Source: the human T2T-CHM13v2.0 reference genome, Homo sapiens
Strand: one strand, 5' to 3'
NCBI RefSeq assembly: GCF_009914755.1
Contig: NC_060937.1
Length of the DNA stretch: 64,000 nucleotides
The notes under the pieces are model-generated. The model did no database searches, was not told the DNA's origin, and saw only the letters and a list, made by a program, of their open reading frames with translations. Each line of letters opens with the position of its first letter. The first letter of the stretch is position 1. Made by a program: the position numbers and the translations under genes. Of this stretch, positions 26,732 through 41,026 are shown in pieces.

Positions 26732-27507
26732 TGTGATAGGCAGAATAATGGCCCCCTCACCAATCATGCCCACATCCTAATCCTAGGAACCTGTGAATAT
26801 GTTATGTTACATGGCAAGGGGAAATTCAGGCAGCTAGCCAGTTGGCCTTAAAATAAAGAGATTATCCTGGATGATCTGGGTAGGACCTGATGTAACCACA
26901 AGGGTCTTTTTAATGTGGAAGAAGGAGGCATAAGAGTAGATGTCAGAGTCATTCAAAATAAGAAAGATTTGATGGGCCATCCCTGACTTTCAGGTTGGAA
27001 GGAGGTTCTGAGTCAAGGAATACAGGTGACCTCTAGAAGCTGGAGAAGGCAAGGAAATGGTTTCTCCCCTAGAAGTTCCAGAAGGATTGCAGCCCTGCTA
27101 ATATCTTGACTTTATAGCCCTTTGAGATTTATTTTGGATTTCTGACATCCTGAACCATAGTAAAAGGGTGTTTTTTGTTTTTTTGAGACAGAGTCTTGCT
27201 CTGTTGCCTGGGCTGGAGTGCAGTGGTGTGATCTTGGCTCGCTGCAACCTCCGCCTCCCAGGTTCAAGTGATTCTCCTGCCTCAGCCTCCTGAGTAGCTG
27301 GGATTACAGGTGCTTGCCACCACACCTGGCTATTTTTTGTGTTTTTAGTAGAGACAGGGTTTCACCATGTTGGCCAGGCTGGTCTTGAACTCCTGACCTT
27401 GTGATCTGCCTGCCTCAGCCTCCCAAATTGCTGGGATTACAAGGCGTGTTGTTTTAAGCCACTCAGTTTGTGGCCACTTGTTACAGCAGCAAGAGGAAAC
27501 TCATACA
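26732..27507 (+). mobile_element. MLT1D/E-like LTR interrupted by Alu
   Basis: tgtgataggcagaataatggcc...aacctgtgaatatgttatgttacatggcaag...ttaagccactcagtttgtgg..ttgttacagcagcaagaggaaactcataca. Confidence 0.8.
27172..27447 (-). mobile_element. AluS, about 0.7 kb upstream of exon 3
   Basis: Antisense Alu inside MLT1. Confidence 0.92.
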
Positions 27508-28154
27508 GTTATCATGTGAACTCACAGGAATATGGTGAGTTAAAAAGAGAGGAAGGGTGCAAAACATCCACGGTAGAGTGAGAACTCTCCAGGGAGTGAG
27601 GACTGTGCCCAGCATACAGTGATCACCCTCTTAGTAAGCTAAGTTTCTGAGCACCAGCTTTTTTGAGTTGACTTTGTTGTCTTTAACATTTGAAGATCAC
27701 CCTTCTTTGCTCAGCCTGGCTTGCAGACCTGGGCTGATTTGTGGATCTGATAGAAAAGTTTCCTTAGTTGGGCTCTTCTCCCCGACCACCCCCATGCCAG
27801 TGTGGCCACATCCTCTGTCTGCATTGCTCACTCTTCAATTCCAAGAAGCGCAGGGGCACCGCCAGGAACAGGAACCCTGCCAGAGGAATACATCAAGAAA
27901 CCAAGTCTCCCTTACGCATCACCGTAGGAACAGAGTTAATGGATTATGAACATGTGTTTGCTTTATACCATTGTTTGTTTCCCAGGTGGCAGCTGGCTGC
28001 CCCATCTTATTGGGTAGATGTAAGTGGAATTACGAATGGGATTTATGTTTCATGCACGATGGTGATTATTAACTTCAACTTTCAGGTAATTTTCAGACCA
28101 CATTGCACTAACTTGGTCTCTGATTGTTTTTCTCCTTGTTTGTTTATTCTGCAG

Positions 28155-28225
28155 CCAGAACTGTGTAGATGCGTACCCCACTTTCCTCGCTGTGCTCTGG
28201 TCTGCGGGGCTACTTTGCAGCCAAG
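28155..28225 (+). CDS. ALOX5AP: ALOX5AP coding exon 3, (N)QNCVDAYPTFLAVLWSAGLLCSQ(V)
   Basis: Long pyrimidine tract then ctgCAG|C at 28154/28155, and donor AAG|GTAACT at 28225/28226. 71 nt, frame continuous with exon 2. Confidence 0.98.
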
Positions 28226-30060
28226 GTAACTCAGACTTCCCTTTGTTCATTCTCCTTCTATAAAGTGCATCTCAAGGAGGTTCAAAGGGCAGGCTTTTTG
28301 TTGAAAGGACTTTGCCTGACCTCTGGCTCCCATCTGTGAAGCCCTGGAGAGGTGAGAGCCCTCGGGAGGCCGTGTTTCAGGCATGCTCTGCACCCGTGCA
28401 GAGCGCGTGTGATAATGCATTGCTAATGCTTGCTCCCTGGTGGCTGGCTGAGAGCTGCTGTGCTGACAAGGGTGGTTTAAGGCTAAATGTGACTCAGAAT
28501 CCTTAAGCAGTGTTAGTTCAGATACAAGGGCATTATAAATGAGAGTGCCTGAGGGATCTATTTTGGGACCGCTGTCACTTGGCTCTTCTGCTAATAAGCT
28601 TCCAGTGTGGTGGCCCTCCTTCAGGCATGTTTCCACTGAGCCACGGGCTGGATGCCACATCCCCGGCCTTCCCACAGTTATCAGCAGCCCACAGGCTTGA
28701 CTTGAGCAAGTTGGAAAGACAAATCAACTTCCAGAGTTGATTTAACATTGAGTGGAAATCAGTCATACTTTTGGTCCCCTTTCGGGGCCACGCCTGGCAC
28801 TGTGCCTGGTGGCAGATCGGCATGAACTGGCCAGCTTCTGTGGCCCTGGAGGGCACAGGCAGAAAGGCCACGCTCAGTCCCATGATGAACTGTTTAAGAC
28901 TTATTGTTGTCTCCCCGCTCTGTAAAGTAGATAGAGTGGATTTTATGTCCCTTATTACCTTTCAGGATACTTTGACTCAGGGAGATAAAGTAACTTGGGT
29001 ACAGCTACTCAGCTGGTGAAGAACACAGGCAGAATGAGTGCCTGGGTCTTTTGACTTAAAATTCTGGATTTTTCACAAAGATCCTCTTACTTTATTCATT
29101 TACATAATAAATATATATTGAAGAGCTACTCTGTGCCAAGCCCTGTGCCTAGATATACAGTGATAAATAAAGAGTAGCTTCTAGAGGTCACCTGGCGGTG
29201 AGGCACAGGCCAGCTGGCAAGATGGACCACAGAAGTCAGTGAATGAAGACAATGACAAGGGTGGGAAGCGCCATATGGGAAGAGAACCAAGTTCAGTGAT
29301 AGAGAGCAGAGGTGAGGCGGCAGCAGAAACCACTTAAGGGACACCACGTGGCACTCCTTCTGTGCTGAGAAGGCTGTCAGTAAGCTCACCATTTATTTCC
29401 TATTTTCTCTCCTGAGTTAAATAGGAAACATGTCTCGCATTACTTGAAAAATCAAGTCAAACTATGCTCTTACTAGGAGTTATGGTCCTTTTTATGTCTT
29501 AGATGATGCTTGATCTAGATGAATGCGGACTTGCTGTAGCTAGATAAATACAATGGGAGTTTGAAGGTGTTTCGTAGCCCTGGAAATATGTATTTCCTGT
29601 CAAAACAAGCTTTGTCATTGCCAGCAGACAAAAGCATCAGTAACCTTGGTTGATAATCGTCATTTCTTAGGAATAAAGTAGACTGTAGAATTTTTTTTAG
29701 CAGAAAGGAAACCCAAAGATAATTCTAGTGCAAATCCCTCACTTTATAGAGCAGAAGCTCAAGTCCCAGAGGAACAAGTGGCTTGAACGAACATCAGAAT
29801 TTTAGGGGCTGGATTTGTACCCTCCTGGTGCCAGCAGCCCACTTCCCTGCAGGAGGCACTCACCTTCCTTGCACAGGGGTATGAGTGTGGCCATTTTCCA
29901 CCCATAATCTCTGTTAGCTCATGTTCAATTGGGTTCCCATTGAAAGAAAAATGGACCAGTAAGTTGGAGCAGAATCATTCAGATGGTATAACATAAGGAA
30001 AAACTTTGCCCAAGGCAAATCGTGATTGTGACAGCTTTGTGATTTTTAGAGAATAGCATG

Positions 30061-30347
<287 letters not shown>

Positions 30348-31197
30348 GAGAGAGAAAGCTGAAGTTCACAGTTTCTCTTTTGCTTTGATTTTCTTATCTG
30401 CCGGATAACAATAGTATTTTGGAAGGCAGGAGGAATTGTGGAAAGAAATGGGTTTTGGGGAGTGGCTGATTGGAGGCAAATCCAAGGACACTCATTGCTG
30501 GTGTGTGACTCCAGGCAGTTACTCAGCTTTTCCAAGCCTCAGTTTCCTTATTGTAAAACAGGACCATGGTCTAGCTAGTAGCATTCCTATGGTGAGTGAA
30601 ATAATATGTATAAAGCTCCTGACACAGTGCTTGGCATATATCAGATTGAGCCATGTAAAACTGCCAATATCTGGCTATTTATGACCTACAAAAATAGCAT
30701 TTCATATGATTCCACCTAACATCTGAAGCGCAATAAATGTTATTATTGATAATGCAGGTGGTGGTGATAAAGTTTTGAAATCAGAAAGACCTGGCTTCAA
30801 ATTCCACGCCTTCACTGGCCTGACTTATTTTCATTCATTTGACAAATATTATTTTGAACACCCCTATGTGCCAGGCACTATGCCAGGCTCAGAGATGATC
30901 TAGGAAAAAGACAGATGTCCTCATCTGTCTTAGGCTCTTGTGGCCTAAGCCTAAATTTCCTCGTCTGTCAAATGGTGACAGTAACACACTCCTTACCAGA
31001 GAGCTGGGAGGATTGGAGACTCAAGTTCCCAAAACGCCAGGAGCACTGCGGCAGGTGAAAAGTATTCCCTCAATGGCGGAAGTGTTTAAATTGCTTTTAT
31101 ATCTGTAGCTCTAGATAACACTAGTTCCAGCTTAGTTAACTCCCAGCTCCAAGCCTTCAGGACTTCATAGAGTTATTGGGGTGCTGCTCTTGGCAGT

Positions 31198-31362
31198 TTC
31201 CCAAAAAGCTAGAATGCAGAGGGAATCTCCTTCCCAAAAAGCTAGAATGCAGAGGGAATCTCCTTCCCAAAAGGCTAGAACGCAGAGGGAATCTCCTTCC
31301 CAAAAGGCTAGAATGCAGAGGGAATCTCCTTCCCAAAAGGCTAGAATGCAGAGGGAATGTCC
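31198..31362 (+). repeat. 33-bp minisatellite x5: ttcccaaaa(a/g)gctagaa(t/c)gcagagggaat(c/g)tcc
   Basis: Units start at 31198, 31231, 31264, 31297 and 31330, and differ by 0-2 nt. Confidence 0.97.
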
Positions 31363-31636
31363 TTCTCTTCTAAATGGTAGCTGTTAGTTCAAGAAAGGTT
31401 AAACATTGTGCTGTGGGGAGGCTCAGGGGTGAAGGGTGTACTTTTAAGAGAACCAGTTTCAGAGCTGGGTTTGGGGTTTAAGCCCTACCCTCTGCCCCCT
31501 TTTACGAGCTGACAGCCTTATGCAAGCCTGGTTGACCACCTGAACCCACGTTTCCACATCTGGAAATAGAAATGTGGGTACTAGTTATGTTGAAAGGACT
31601 CAGGTTAGATGATAGATATGCAAATACCTTGGAAAC

Positions 31637-31858
31637 CAGGAGTGTCCAGTCTTTTGGGTTCCCTGAGCCACACTGGAAGAAGAGTTGTCTTGGGCCACAC
31701 ATAGAATACACTAACCCTATCAATAGCTGATGAGCTAAAGAAAAAACGTTGCAAAAAAAATCTCATATTTTTAAGAAAGTTTATGAATTTGTGTTGGGCT
31801 GTATTCAAAGCCATCCTGGGCCACGTGCGACCCGCAGGCTCCGGGTTGGACAAGTTTG
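31637..31858 (+). mobile_element. MER30 (hAT-Charlie)
   Basis: caggagtgtccagtcttttgggttccctgagccacactggaagaaga...ttcaaagccatcctgggcc...gggttggacaag. Confidence 0.85.
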
Positions 31859-32060
31859 TTGTAAACAATGCCATGATGCCGGCATAAGGTCGTTACCAGT
31901 ATTAGGAAGGTTCTCAGGTTTCCTCTAGCCCTTGGGCTCTTTTCCTGAAGTGCGTGTGTCTTCTGCTAGATTTTGTGACCAATGTTGATTGCCTAATTGG
32001 GCTAACAGCATGTTTTGGTGGCTACGAAACTGACACAGGTGTTTTCATTTCTCCACTTAG

Positions 32061-32142
32061 TTCCTGCTGCGTTTGCTGGACTGATGTACTTGTTTGTGAG
32101 GCAAAAGTACTTTGTCGGTTACCTAGGAGAGAGAACGCAGAG
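32061..32142 (+). CDS. ALOX5AP: ALOX5AP coding exon 4, (V)PAAFAGLMYLFVRQKYFVGYLGERTQ(S)
   Basis: Acceptor tttctccactTAG|TT at 32060/32061 and donor GAG|GTAGGT at 32142/32143. 82 nt. Contains the MAPEG-like RxxYFxGY segment. Confidence 0.98.
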
Positions 32143-32588
32143 GTAGGTAACTGGGACTACTAAAGAACTGTGGAGCGATTCCTGATTTTTGAGCAGGAAG
32201 AGTGACAATTCAAAACAGTATTTGACTAGATTCACGGCTCCGTAGCATCCCCTTGGGTGGGAGCGGGAAGGCTGACTAGGACCTCTGATTCTTCTCTCCC
32301 TGAGCTTTGAAGGCTCTGAAAATACAGCTGGGGGGACTTGCCCAGTTTTCTTATTAAGCAATTCCTCCGCATGGTGCTGGCTTTCAAAGGGTGCTTCAGT
32401 GCTGTTTGCTGCACGTGCCTTGCAGCCCCACACCCTGCACTCCCGCCCTGCAGAGTCTGGCGCTGGAATGACATTTTAGGTCTGGGTTCCCAGGCCTCCT
32501 GAGAGTGAAATGTTTCATTGTTTGTCTAGAGAAATGAGAACTAAAGCTTGCACCTTGTGATAAGTTGTCCTGAGGAACATATCTTTCA

Positions 32589-33097
<509 letters not shown>

Positions 33098-34859
33098 TTA
33101 CAGAAGAAATGTCGGCGTTAGAGTATGCCGTCAGTTCCTTAGAGATTGCAATTCCTAATGCACTAGTATGGTTTCAGGTGCCAGGAACACGTTCTGTGAG
33201 GCTGCTGCCCCAGGTGCTGACCCCAGCCTTCCACACCATTTTCCTTCCTTGTGTTCACAGCCGCTCTGTCTTTTACAATAGCACCCCTCTCTAGTGGCTA
33301 ATGGGCTCTATGATTAGATAGCATCCTTCAGTAGTGATAAAGGCAGTGACATCCTAGGGAGGTCAGCGGGTGAAAGCGCTATATCTGGAAAACCTGAGAG
33401 CCTGTGAAGCTCAAGGACTTGACGGGGTTAGACCGTGAGCCGGGCTGCAGCTGGAAAAAGAATGACTGTTCTTTCAGCAGATCCTTCCCTGTGCCATCTC
33501 TTTCTTCATTCCTCTCTAGTGGCATTCTTATTTATCCTCTAAAACCACAATTCCATTATCTCTCCTATTCTTATCAACACTGCCCTAAATGATATTCTTT
33601 ATTCTCTTTTGCCCTGGAAAACCTCTATCATGCCTTTTCCCATGTGATTACCTCGTTAAGAGTGGGGGTGGAATGTCTAGCAATGAAATAAGAGGGTCTT
33701 CTCTTTTGCCTGGCTCCCTATGCAGCCCTATCTTACCCCCTGCAAAGTCCCAGGGATGTGGCTCAGTCACTGCTCCTCTCTTCATCTGTCACCACTTGCT
33801 TGAGATCCTACAGCTGCTTTAATTCCGAGACCATCTGCAGAACATGACAAAATTTGTCCACCTACCCACATGTCCTTTTAACTTTAAAGGCTTTACTAAC
33901 TGATTCCTATTAGGGAATGAACAGAGGTGGCAAAAATAAACAATAGGAGATTGATTTACAAGAAATCTTTAAAATAGTAGATTTCTTCGGACCTCATTGA
34001 AATATAAATGGCCTGCCTTCTTGTGTCCCTCCCTGGTCTCCCTCTTTAGGTGATAAGAAGAAGATCCTGCCAGCCCCATAACCCGCCATCTGCGCGGGTT
34101 CTAGACCCCCTTCTCCTCCCCTCTGGCCGTGGTAGGCATTACTGATGAATCATGGTGCTCTTTCTTCCAGAGACCAAACCTGGCCTCGGAATCCTTCTTA
34201 ACACAGATACTGCTTAACACAACCACTCTGAGCAGCTGTCATAAGTAGAAGTAATAGATACTAGAAGAAATGTCTAAGCCTAATCTAGACCAAAATACGG
34301 CCTGATATAGATGCAAGCCAGAGGGGCTTTATGGTTAAATGCAAGGAGATTTTCAACCCTGCCGTCTAGAAGCTACTTGCTGAGATCTTCTTCAGTTGGG
34401 CCCATCTCCTCCCCAGGCCTCTCTTCTGTTCCTGGGCTATGTCACACTTGGACTCTGCAGACACCTAATGCTCTTGGGACCTGCTTTAGTTCTTGACCTC
34501 ACCAACCGAGGAGGAATTGCTCGATGAGATCCTTCCCCCGGAATTTCTCTCTTGAACCCCAGATGGTCCGTTGCCCCTTTCCAGAAGTTGCTCCAGCCCT
34601 GTCCGCTTAGGAAGTTCAGTGTCATCCTTGATCCAGTGGGTAGGGAAGACATTCCATAATGTATGCCCCAGTCTGAGCTTCTTCCTTCAGGCTTCAGGCT
34701 GCCCTGCGAGGATTTTGCAGCTCCCTTTTTAATGCCCTCTAGAAGTTTCTGGCTCTTATTTTCAGCCCTTCATCCTACTCTCTCTGACCCCTTCCTCTAT
34801 CCTGTTTAGTTCACCTGTAGCAGTTACTACCCAGCAGTGAAGGATGAATCTTGGTTTCG

Positions 34860-35235
34860 TTTCTTTTCTCTTCTTTTCTTTTTTCTCTTCTCTTTTCCCC
34901 TTCCCTTCCCTTCCCTCCCTTCACATCACCTCATCTCACCTCACCTTACATAGTCTTGCTCTGTCACCCAAACTGGAGTGCAGTGGCCTGATCTTGGCTC
35001 ACTGCAACCTCCACCTCTTCCCAGGTTCAAGTGATTCTTATACCTCAGCCTCTTGAGTAGCTGAGACTACAGGTGTGCACTACCACACCCAGCTAATTTT
35101 TTGTATTTTTAGTAGAGATAGGGTTTAGCTATGTTGGCCAGGCTGGTCTCGAACTGCTGAACTCAAGCAATCTGCCATCCCCGGCCTCCCAAAGTACTGG
35201 GAGTATAGGCATAAGCCACCCATGATGCCCAGCCT
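34860..35235 (-). mobile_element. Alu (J-like) with tail degenerated into CT-rich microsatellites
   Basis: Antisense Alu with TSD tgaatcttggtttc on both sides. Confidence 0.88.
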
Positions 35236-35887
35236 GAATCTTGGTTTCTTCCCCATTCATTTAAGCTATTACCTGGGCCTGAACTCAATGGCACCTGGCA
35301 CCAACTGGCAACTGACTCTTGGTCTTTTATTACCTACCTTCCCTAGCAGGCACTGGGTTGCTCCCTCTTCCTATCCCATGGAGTCCTGTCCTCTGTTGGG
35401 GCTCCTACTGATCCTCTTGGCAATATGAAGTTCTCAGCTCAATGGTGGGTGGGCAATGACTGCCAACTCTTGAGGCCAATGAACTCAGGTTTCCCCACTC
35501 CTCCTCCTCCTGAGTTGCTCACTCACTCCTCATTCACTCAACATTGATTCAGTAGATATTTGCTACCTGCTCTGTGCCAGGTACCAGGTCAGTTGCTGAA
35601 GGAGTAACAGTGAACATGACGGAGTCTTTGTCCCCAAGGAGACCCAAGGTGTCTCCTAGAGCCAGGGGCACATTGCAAGACCAAATATATTCAACTTACC
35701 AAAATAATCATAGACCTAGTTCTCAAAAAGCAAGAAGACTGATTCCTCGTTGTCATTTCTCCTCCTCAGCATCAATGTTTTAGAGTCTGTGGGCCCCTCC
35801 AAGTGTGGAGTATGGTGTTACTTCACCAGAGTTTGAGGAGAAACATTCTTCTTTTGGAAGGCCGGGGAGCATAGATGGATATCAAGG

Positions 35888-36101
35888 CTGCTGTTTCTAA
35901 AAGCGAAACCCACCAAACAACAGTATTAGAATCATCTGTGGTGCTTATTAAAGATACAGATTCCTGGGCCCCATCCCAGACTTATGAATCAGAATCTCTG
36001 CCAGAGGAAGCCTGAGAATTTGCATTCTCAGATGATTCTGCATTCTCAGATAACACATTCTTTAGGTGATTCTTACACACACTGGAGTTTGGGAATCGCT
36101 G
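35888..36101. mobile_element. MER5-family DNA element
   Basis: agaatcatctg...cagattcctgggccccatcccagac..gaatcagaatctctg...aggtgattctta...agtttgggaatcgctg. Confidence 0.7.
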
Positions 36102-37683
36102 AAGGCTGTTCACTTCTCTTTTCTGAGAAATGATTCATTCATTTCAGAAATATTTGCAGAGGTCCTTATTTATTGGAGATTTGTGGGTGGGCAGAGGAGA
36201 AATATCTTGTCCTCACAGAGCTTACAATTTTTATTTTCTTTAGAGGTCACCAGGCTTAAAATGACACTTCCCTAAATTCTGAAAAGAACAGATTTTTAAA
36301 ACAAGAAGGGACTGTAATGTTTTCTGTTCCTACCTCGTATTTTGTTCACATTAAGAACCTGGGGTGGGAAGTGGAGGAGGGGGGGTGACTGGCGGGGGGC
36401 CACAGAGAGCTGAGCTGGGGTGGTCTCGAACTCCTGAACTCAAGCAATCTGCCAGCCTCAGTCTCCCAAAGTGCTGGGATTATAGGCATGAGCCACCCAC
36501 GATGCCTGGGTGGAACTCAGGGCTCTGGATGCCTGGGCGCCCCCATCTCCCACACTACGGCGCCTCATCCTAGAAGTGGTTAGCACCTTTGAGATGGGAA
36601 TTATTTAGCAGGATGCTTTTGTGTTTTCATGTAAGTTTTATGCTGCCTGTGGAGGGCACAGCTGTTTCAAAAATAATAACCAAATCCTGGTCTCCGAAGT
36701 CTGAAGGCATCCTTTGCCCTGCAGTGCAAAGCACGGGATTCTGGCCTCACACAGGCAGGTCTGAACTCCTGTGTTGCCTCTTGCTGGCTGTGGGACCTGA
36801 GGCAAATCATGCAACCTCTCTTTTCTGTTTGCCTAGATGGAAAATAGGTTTACAATACGCCCCCATAGGATGGCTGTGAGAATTAAAGGAAGTCATGGGT
36901 GTACAATACCTGGCCCCGAAAGATGCTTAATAATTTAATTCTGACCTTCCTCACTCATTTAGGATTATGTACCAACTTTTAGAAACAATGAAAGATTAGT
37001 GAGTCTTCTGTGGTTGGTATAAAAAAAAAATAGAAACATGAAAGAGATGTCCTCCTTGTTCAAGGGCTAATGACCCTGGTGTGCGCTGTCTAGGCCCCCA
37101 AGGTCTTCCTTCCCTGCTCACAGCATTTCAGGTTCTCCGCAGCTTTGCTGAGCCTGGGTCAGGTTCGGTATCTGCCCACCATGCTCACCTGCCACAGCTG
37201 TGGCCCCATTTCCAAACTTCAGAGACTTAAAGGTGCAGCTAATGATGTGCCCGGCCTGGGGTCACATTCCCTGAGCCCTGCAGACAAGGGAGCAGGAGGC
37301 TGAGCTCTTATCTTCCACACCCTGTGCACAGCCTGGGAAGAGTTAAAGCACCCTAGTCCTATGCTGCGAGGGCCACATGCCCTGAGACCTTGGAAAAAAT
37401 CCTACCTGAATTGAAGAGCATCACTATTTCATCAGGAGGCGCTGCCATTTCATTTTTCACTTCGGTTTTATCTTGAGTGTAAAACAGCTTCGCAAATCAC
37501 TTTTTCTTGTTTCTGTAATGAGCATATGGTGGCCTCATTCGTGTGATAAATCTGAGCCACCACGATATTTGACTTTTCACAATTTAATTTATCTGAACCC
37601 TCTATTCTCTGGCTAAAAAATATCCCTTACTTGGACTTCTTTATTTTATTTTCAATTCCCTTACCAGCACTAGCAGGGGACTC

Positions 37684-38071
37684 TGTACTCATCTGCTGGC
37701 GCTGCCATAACAAAGCACTGCAGCCTGGGGGGCTCAAACCACAGAATTTATTCTCTCACAGTCCTAGAGGCTAGAAGTCCAAGATCAAAGTGTGGGCAGG
37801 GTCGGTTTCTCCTGCAGCCTCTCTCCTTGGCTTATAGAGTGCCACCTTCTACCTGTGTCTTCACATCATCACCTCACTGAGCATGTCTGTGTCCAAATCT
37901 CCCCTTCTTATAAGACCCCAGTCATACTGGATGAGGATCCACCCATATGAGTTCATTTTACCTTAATTATCTCTTTAAACACCCTGTCTCCAAATACAGT
38001 CCCATTCTGAGGAACTGAGAGTAAAGATTCAACATATGAATTTTGGAAGGGACCTAATTCAGCCCACAACA
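37684..38071 (-). mobile_element. MLT1B-like LTR
   Basis: gctgccataacaaagcac...atttattctctcacagt...aagtccaagatcaa...ttcaacatatgaattttgg..aattcagcccacaaca. Confidence 0.82.
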
Positions 38072-38199
38072 CCCTCTTTTGGGATGTTTATTTTCCCCCT
38101 TAAGGAGCTAGTTAGGATGTCTTATCTCATGAACATGACTGTGAACAGGAAAACAGGGAGAGAATGAAGCTGGCCAAGGAACAGGGCTGGTGTCAGCTA

Positions 38200-38356
38200 G
38201 CAGTGCTTTTCTGATGTGAGTGGGTCCCACAGGGAGCTTGTTAAAATGCAGATTCTGATTCATTAGGTTCCAGAGGGACCTGAGATTTCCCATTTCTGAC
38301 AAGTTTCCAGTGTGGGGGCTGATGCTGCTGGTCCACGGACCATACTTTGAGTAGCA
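38200..38356. mobile_element. MER5A
   Basis: gggagcttgttaaaatgcagattc...gatgctgctggtccacggaccatactttgagtagca. Confidence 0.75.
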
Positions 38357-38390
38357 AGGAGCTTGATACATAATGGCTGAGTGACTTTCA

Positions 38391-38923
<533 letters not shown>

Positions 38924-39137
38924 TTACTAACAATCCTCCTGAGTCATTTGGACTTTCCCAACCTGTTATCACCTCTCAGATGGGCCAGCCATGGAGGCAG
39001 TCAGAGGAGGGCTCTGCAGAGGGAGGGCAGAAACAGGGTGGCCTCTGCATGCCATTAGGAGGTCACATCTCACTGGGGGATGCAGTTTAGGATTTAGTGC
39101 CTTGGAGAGAAGGATAGAGTGTATTAAAACATGTCTC

Positions 39138-39460
<323 letters not shown>

Positions 39461-40055
39461 AGTCTCTCCCTCCACTCAAAAATGCAAGGGCCTGTCTCCC
39501 ATTGCTGGGTGCCCAGGTCTCATGAATGTAGACATGAATTATTCCAGTCAGCCTCAGGAGAATAGAATGAGCCCTCAGATGCCGAAGCACCTTTCAGATT
39601 CCACCGGTTTTATCGGCTCATTTAAACTTCACTTCTAACACAGTCCTGCATTACACACGTGTCTGTCGTTATGGGCAGCTGCAGAGAGGGTCTTAATGGT
39701 CCTAATGCTCAGTGAGGATGCCCAATGGTCAACAGAACCTGCCATCTTCAGGCCATCAAGGAGCTCTGGAGTTAAGGAAATCATGAGAGCACAGAGGGGC
39801 GGGTACAGCAGAGCCCTCGTGGTAATGGGTTTTGAGGTCTAGGCTCTCTTCGCTTGGGTTTGAAATAAGTTCAATGACTAGTAATAGCTGAGACACTTCT
39901 ACCCTTCAAATGAAGTAAATGGGAAAATGGAGCATTGTTGAGTCCAGGGAGCTATAATTTAAACCCCATATATCTAAAAGGGGTAACATTTTTGTGTGTG
40001 TGAAATTGGTGTCATTCGCACTGCATCTACAGTTTTCTTTTTCCTTCTCTTCCAG

Positions 40056-40218
40056 CACCCCTGGCTACATATTTGGGAAACGCATCATACTCTTCCTGTT
40101 CCTCATGTCCGTTGCTGGCATATTCAACTATTACCTCATCTTCTTTTTCGGAAGTGACTTTGAAAACTACATAAAGACGATCTCCACCACCATCTCCCCT
40201 CTACTTCTCATTCCCTAA
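40056..40218 (+). CDS. ALOX5AP: ALOX5AP coding exon 5, (S)TPGYIFGKRIILFLFLMSVAGIFNYYLIFFFGSDFENYIKTISTTISPLLLIP*
   Basis: Acceptor ttttctttttccttctcttcCAG|C at 40055/40056, TAA ends at 40218. Exon sum 70+100+71+82+163 = 486 nt = 161 aa + stop, the known FLAP length. Confidence 0.98.
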
Positions 40219-40535
40219 CTCTCTGCTGAATATGGGGTTGGTGTTCTCATCTAATCAATACCTACAAGTCATCATAATTCAGCTCTTGAGAGCATTCTGC
40301 TCTTCTTTAGATGGCTGTAAATCTATTGGCCATCTGGGCTTCACAGCTTGAGTTAACCTTGCTTTTCCGGGAACAAAATGATGTCATGTCAGCTCCGCCC
40401 CTTGAACATGACCGTGGCCCCAAATTTGCTATTCCCATGCATTTTGTTTGTTTCTTCACTTATCCTGTTCTCTGAAGATGTTTTGTGACCAGGTTTGTGT
40501 TTTCTTAAAATAAAATGCAGAGACATGTTTTAAGC
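40219..40535 (+). other. ALOX5AP: ALOX5AP 3' UTR (end approximate)
   Basis: Non-repetitive sequence between the stop codon and the poly(A) signal. Cleavage site inferred about 15-25 nt after AATAAA. Confidence 0.8.
40509..40514 (+). terminator. Polyadenylation signal AATAAA of ALOX5AP
   Basis: AATAAA preceded by U-rich sequence and followed by a GU-rich downstream element (gttgaggggttttgtt, 40541-40556). Confidence 0.85.
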
Positions 40536-40643
40536 TGATAGTTGAGGGGTTTTGTTAATGGCTTTTGGGGGATTTATCTCTATACCCACAAACGACTAGT
40601 TTGTTTTCCTCAAACTAAATGATAATATTAAAAATACACATCC

Positions 40644-41026
<383 letters not shown>

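Noticed and set aside
27768-28229. 153-aa ORF overlapping exon 3
   Set aside because: Different frame from FLAP, mostly intronic, non-ATG start, no homology recognised.
31176-31387. Repetitive ORFs (PKKLECRGNLL)n and (SQKARMQRESP)n; superficially CRISPR-like periodicity
   Set aside because: They are translations of the 33-bp minisatellite. There are no unique spacers, no cas genes, and the context is a eukaryotic intron.
36361-36510. G-rich tract joined to a short Alu fragment
   Set aside because: Irregular G-runs plus an approximately 90-nt Alu remnant, with no further structure supporting a function.
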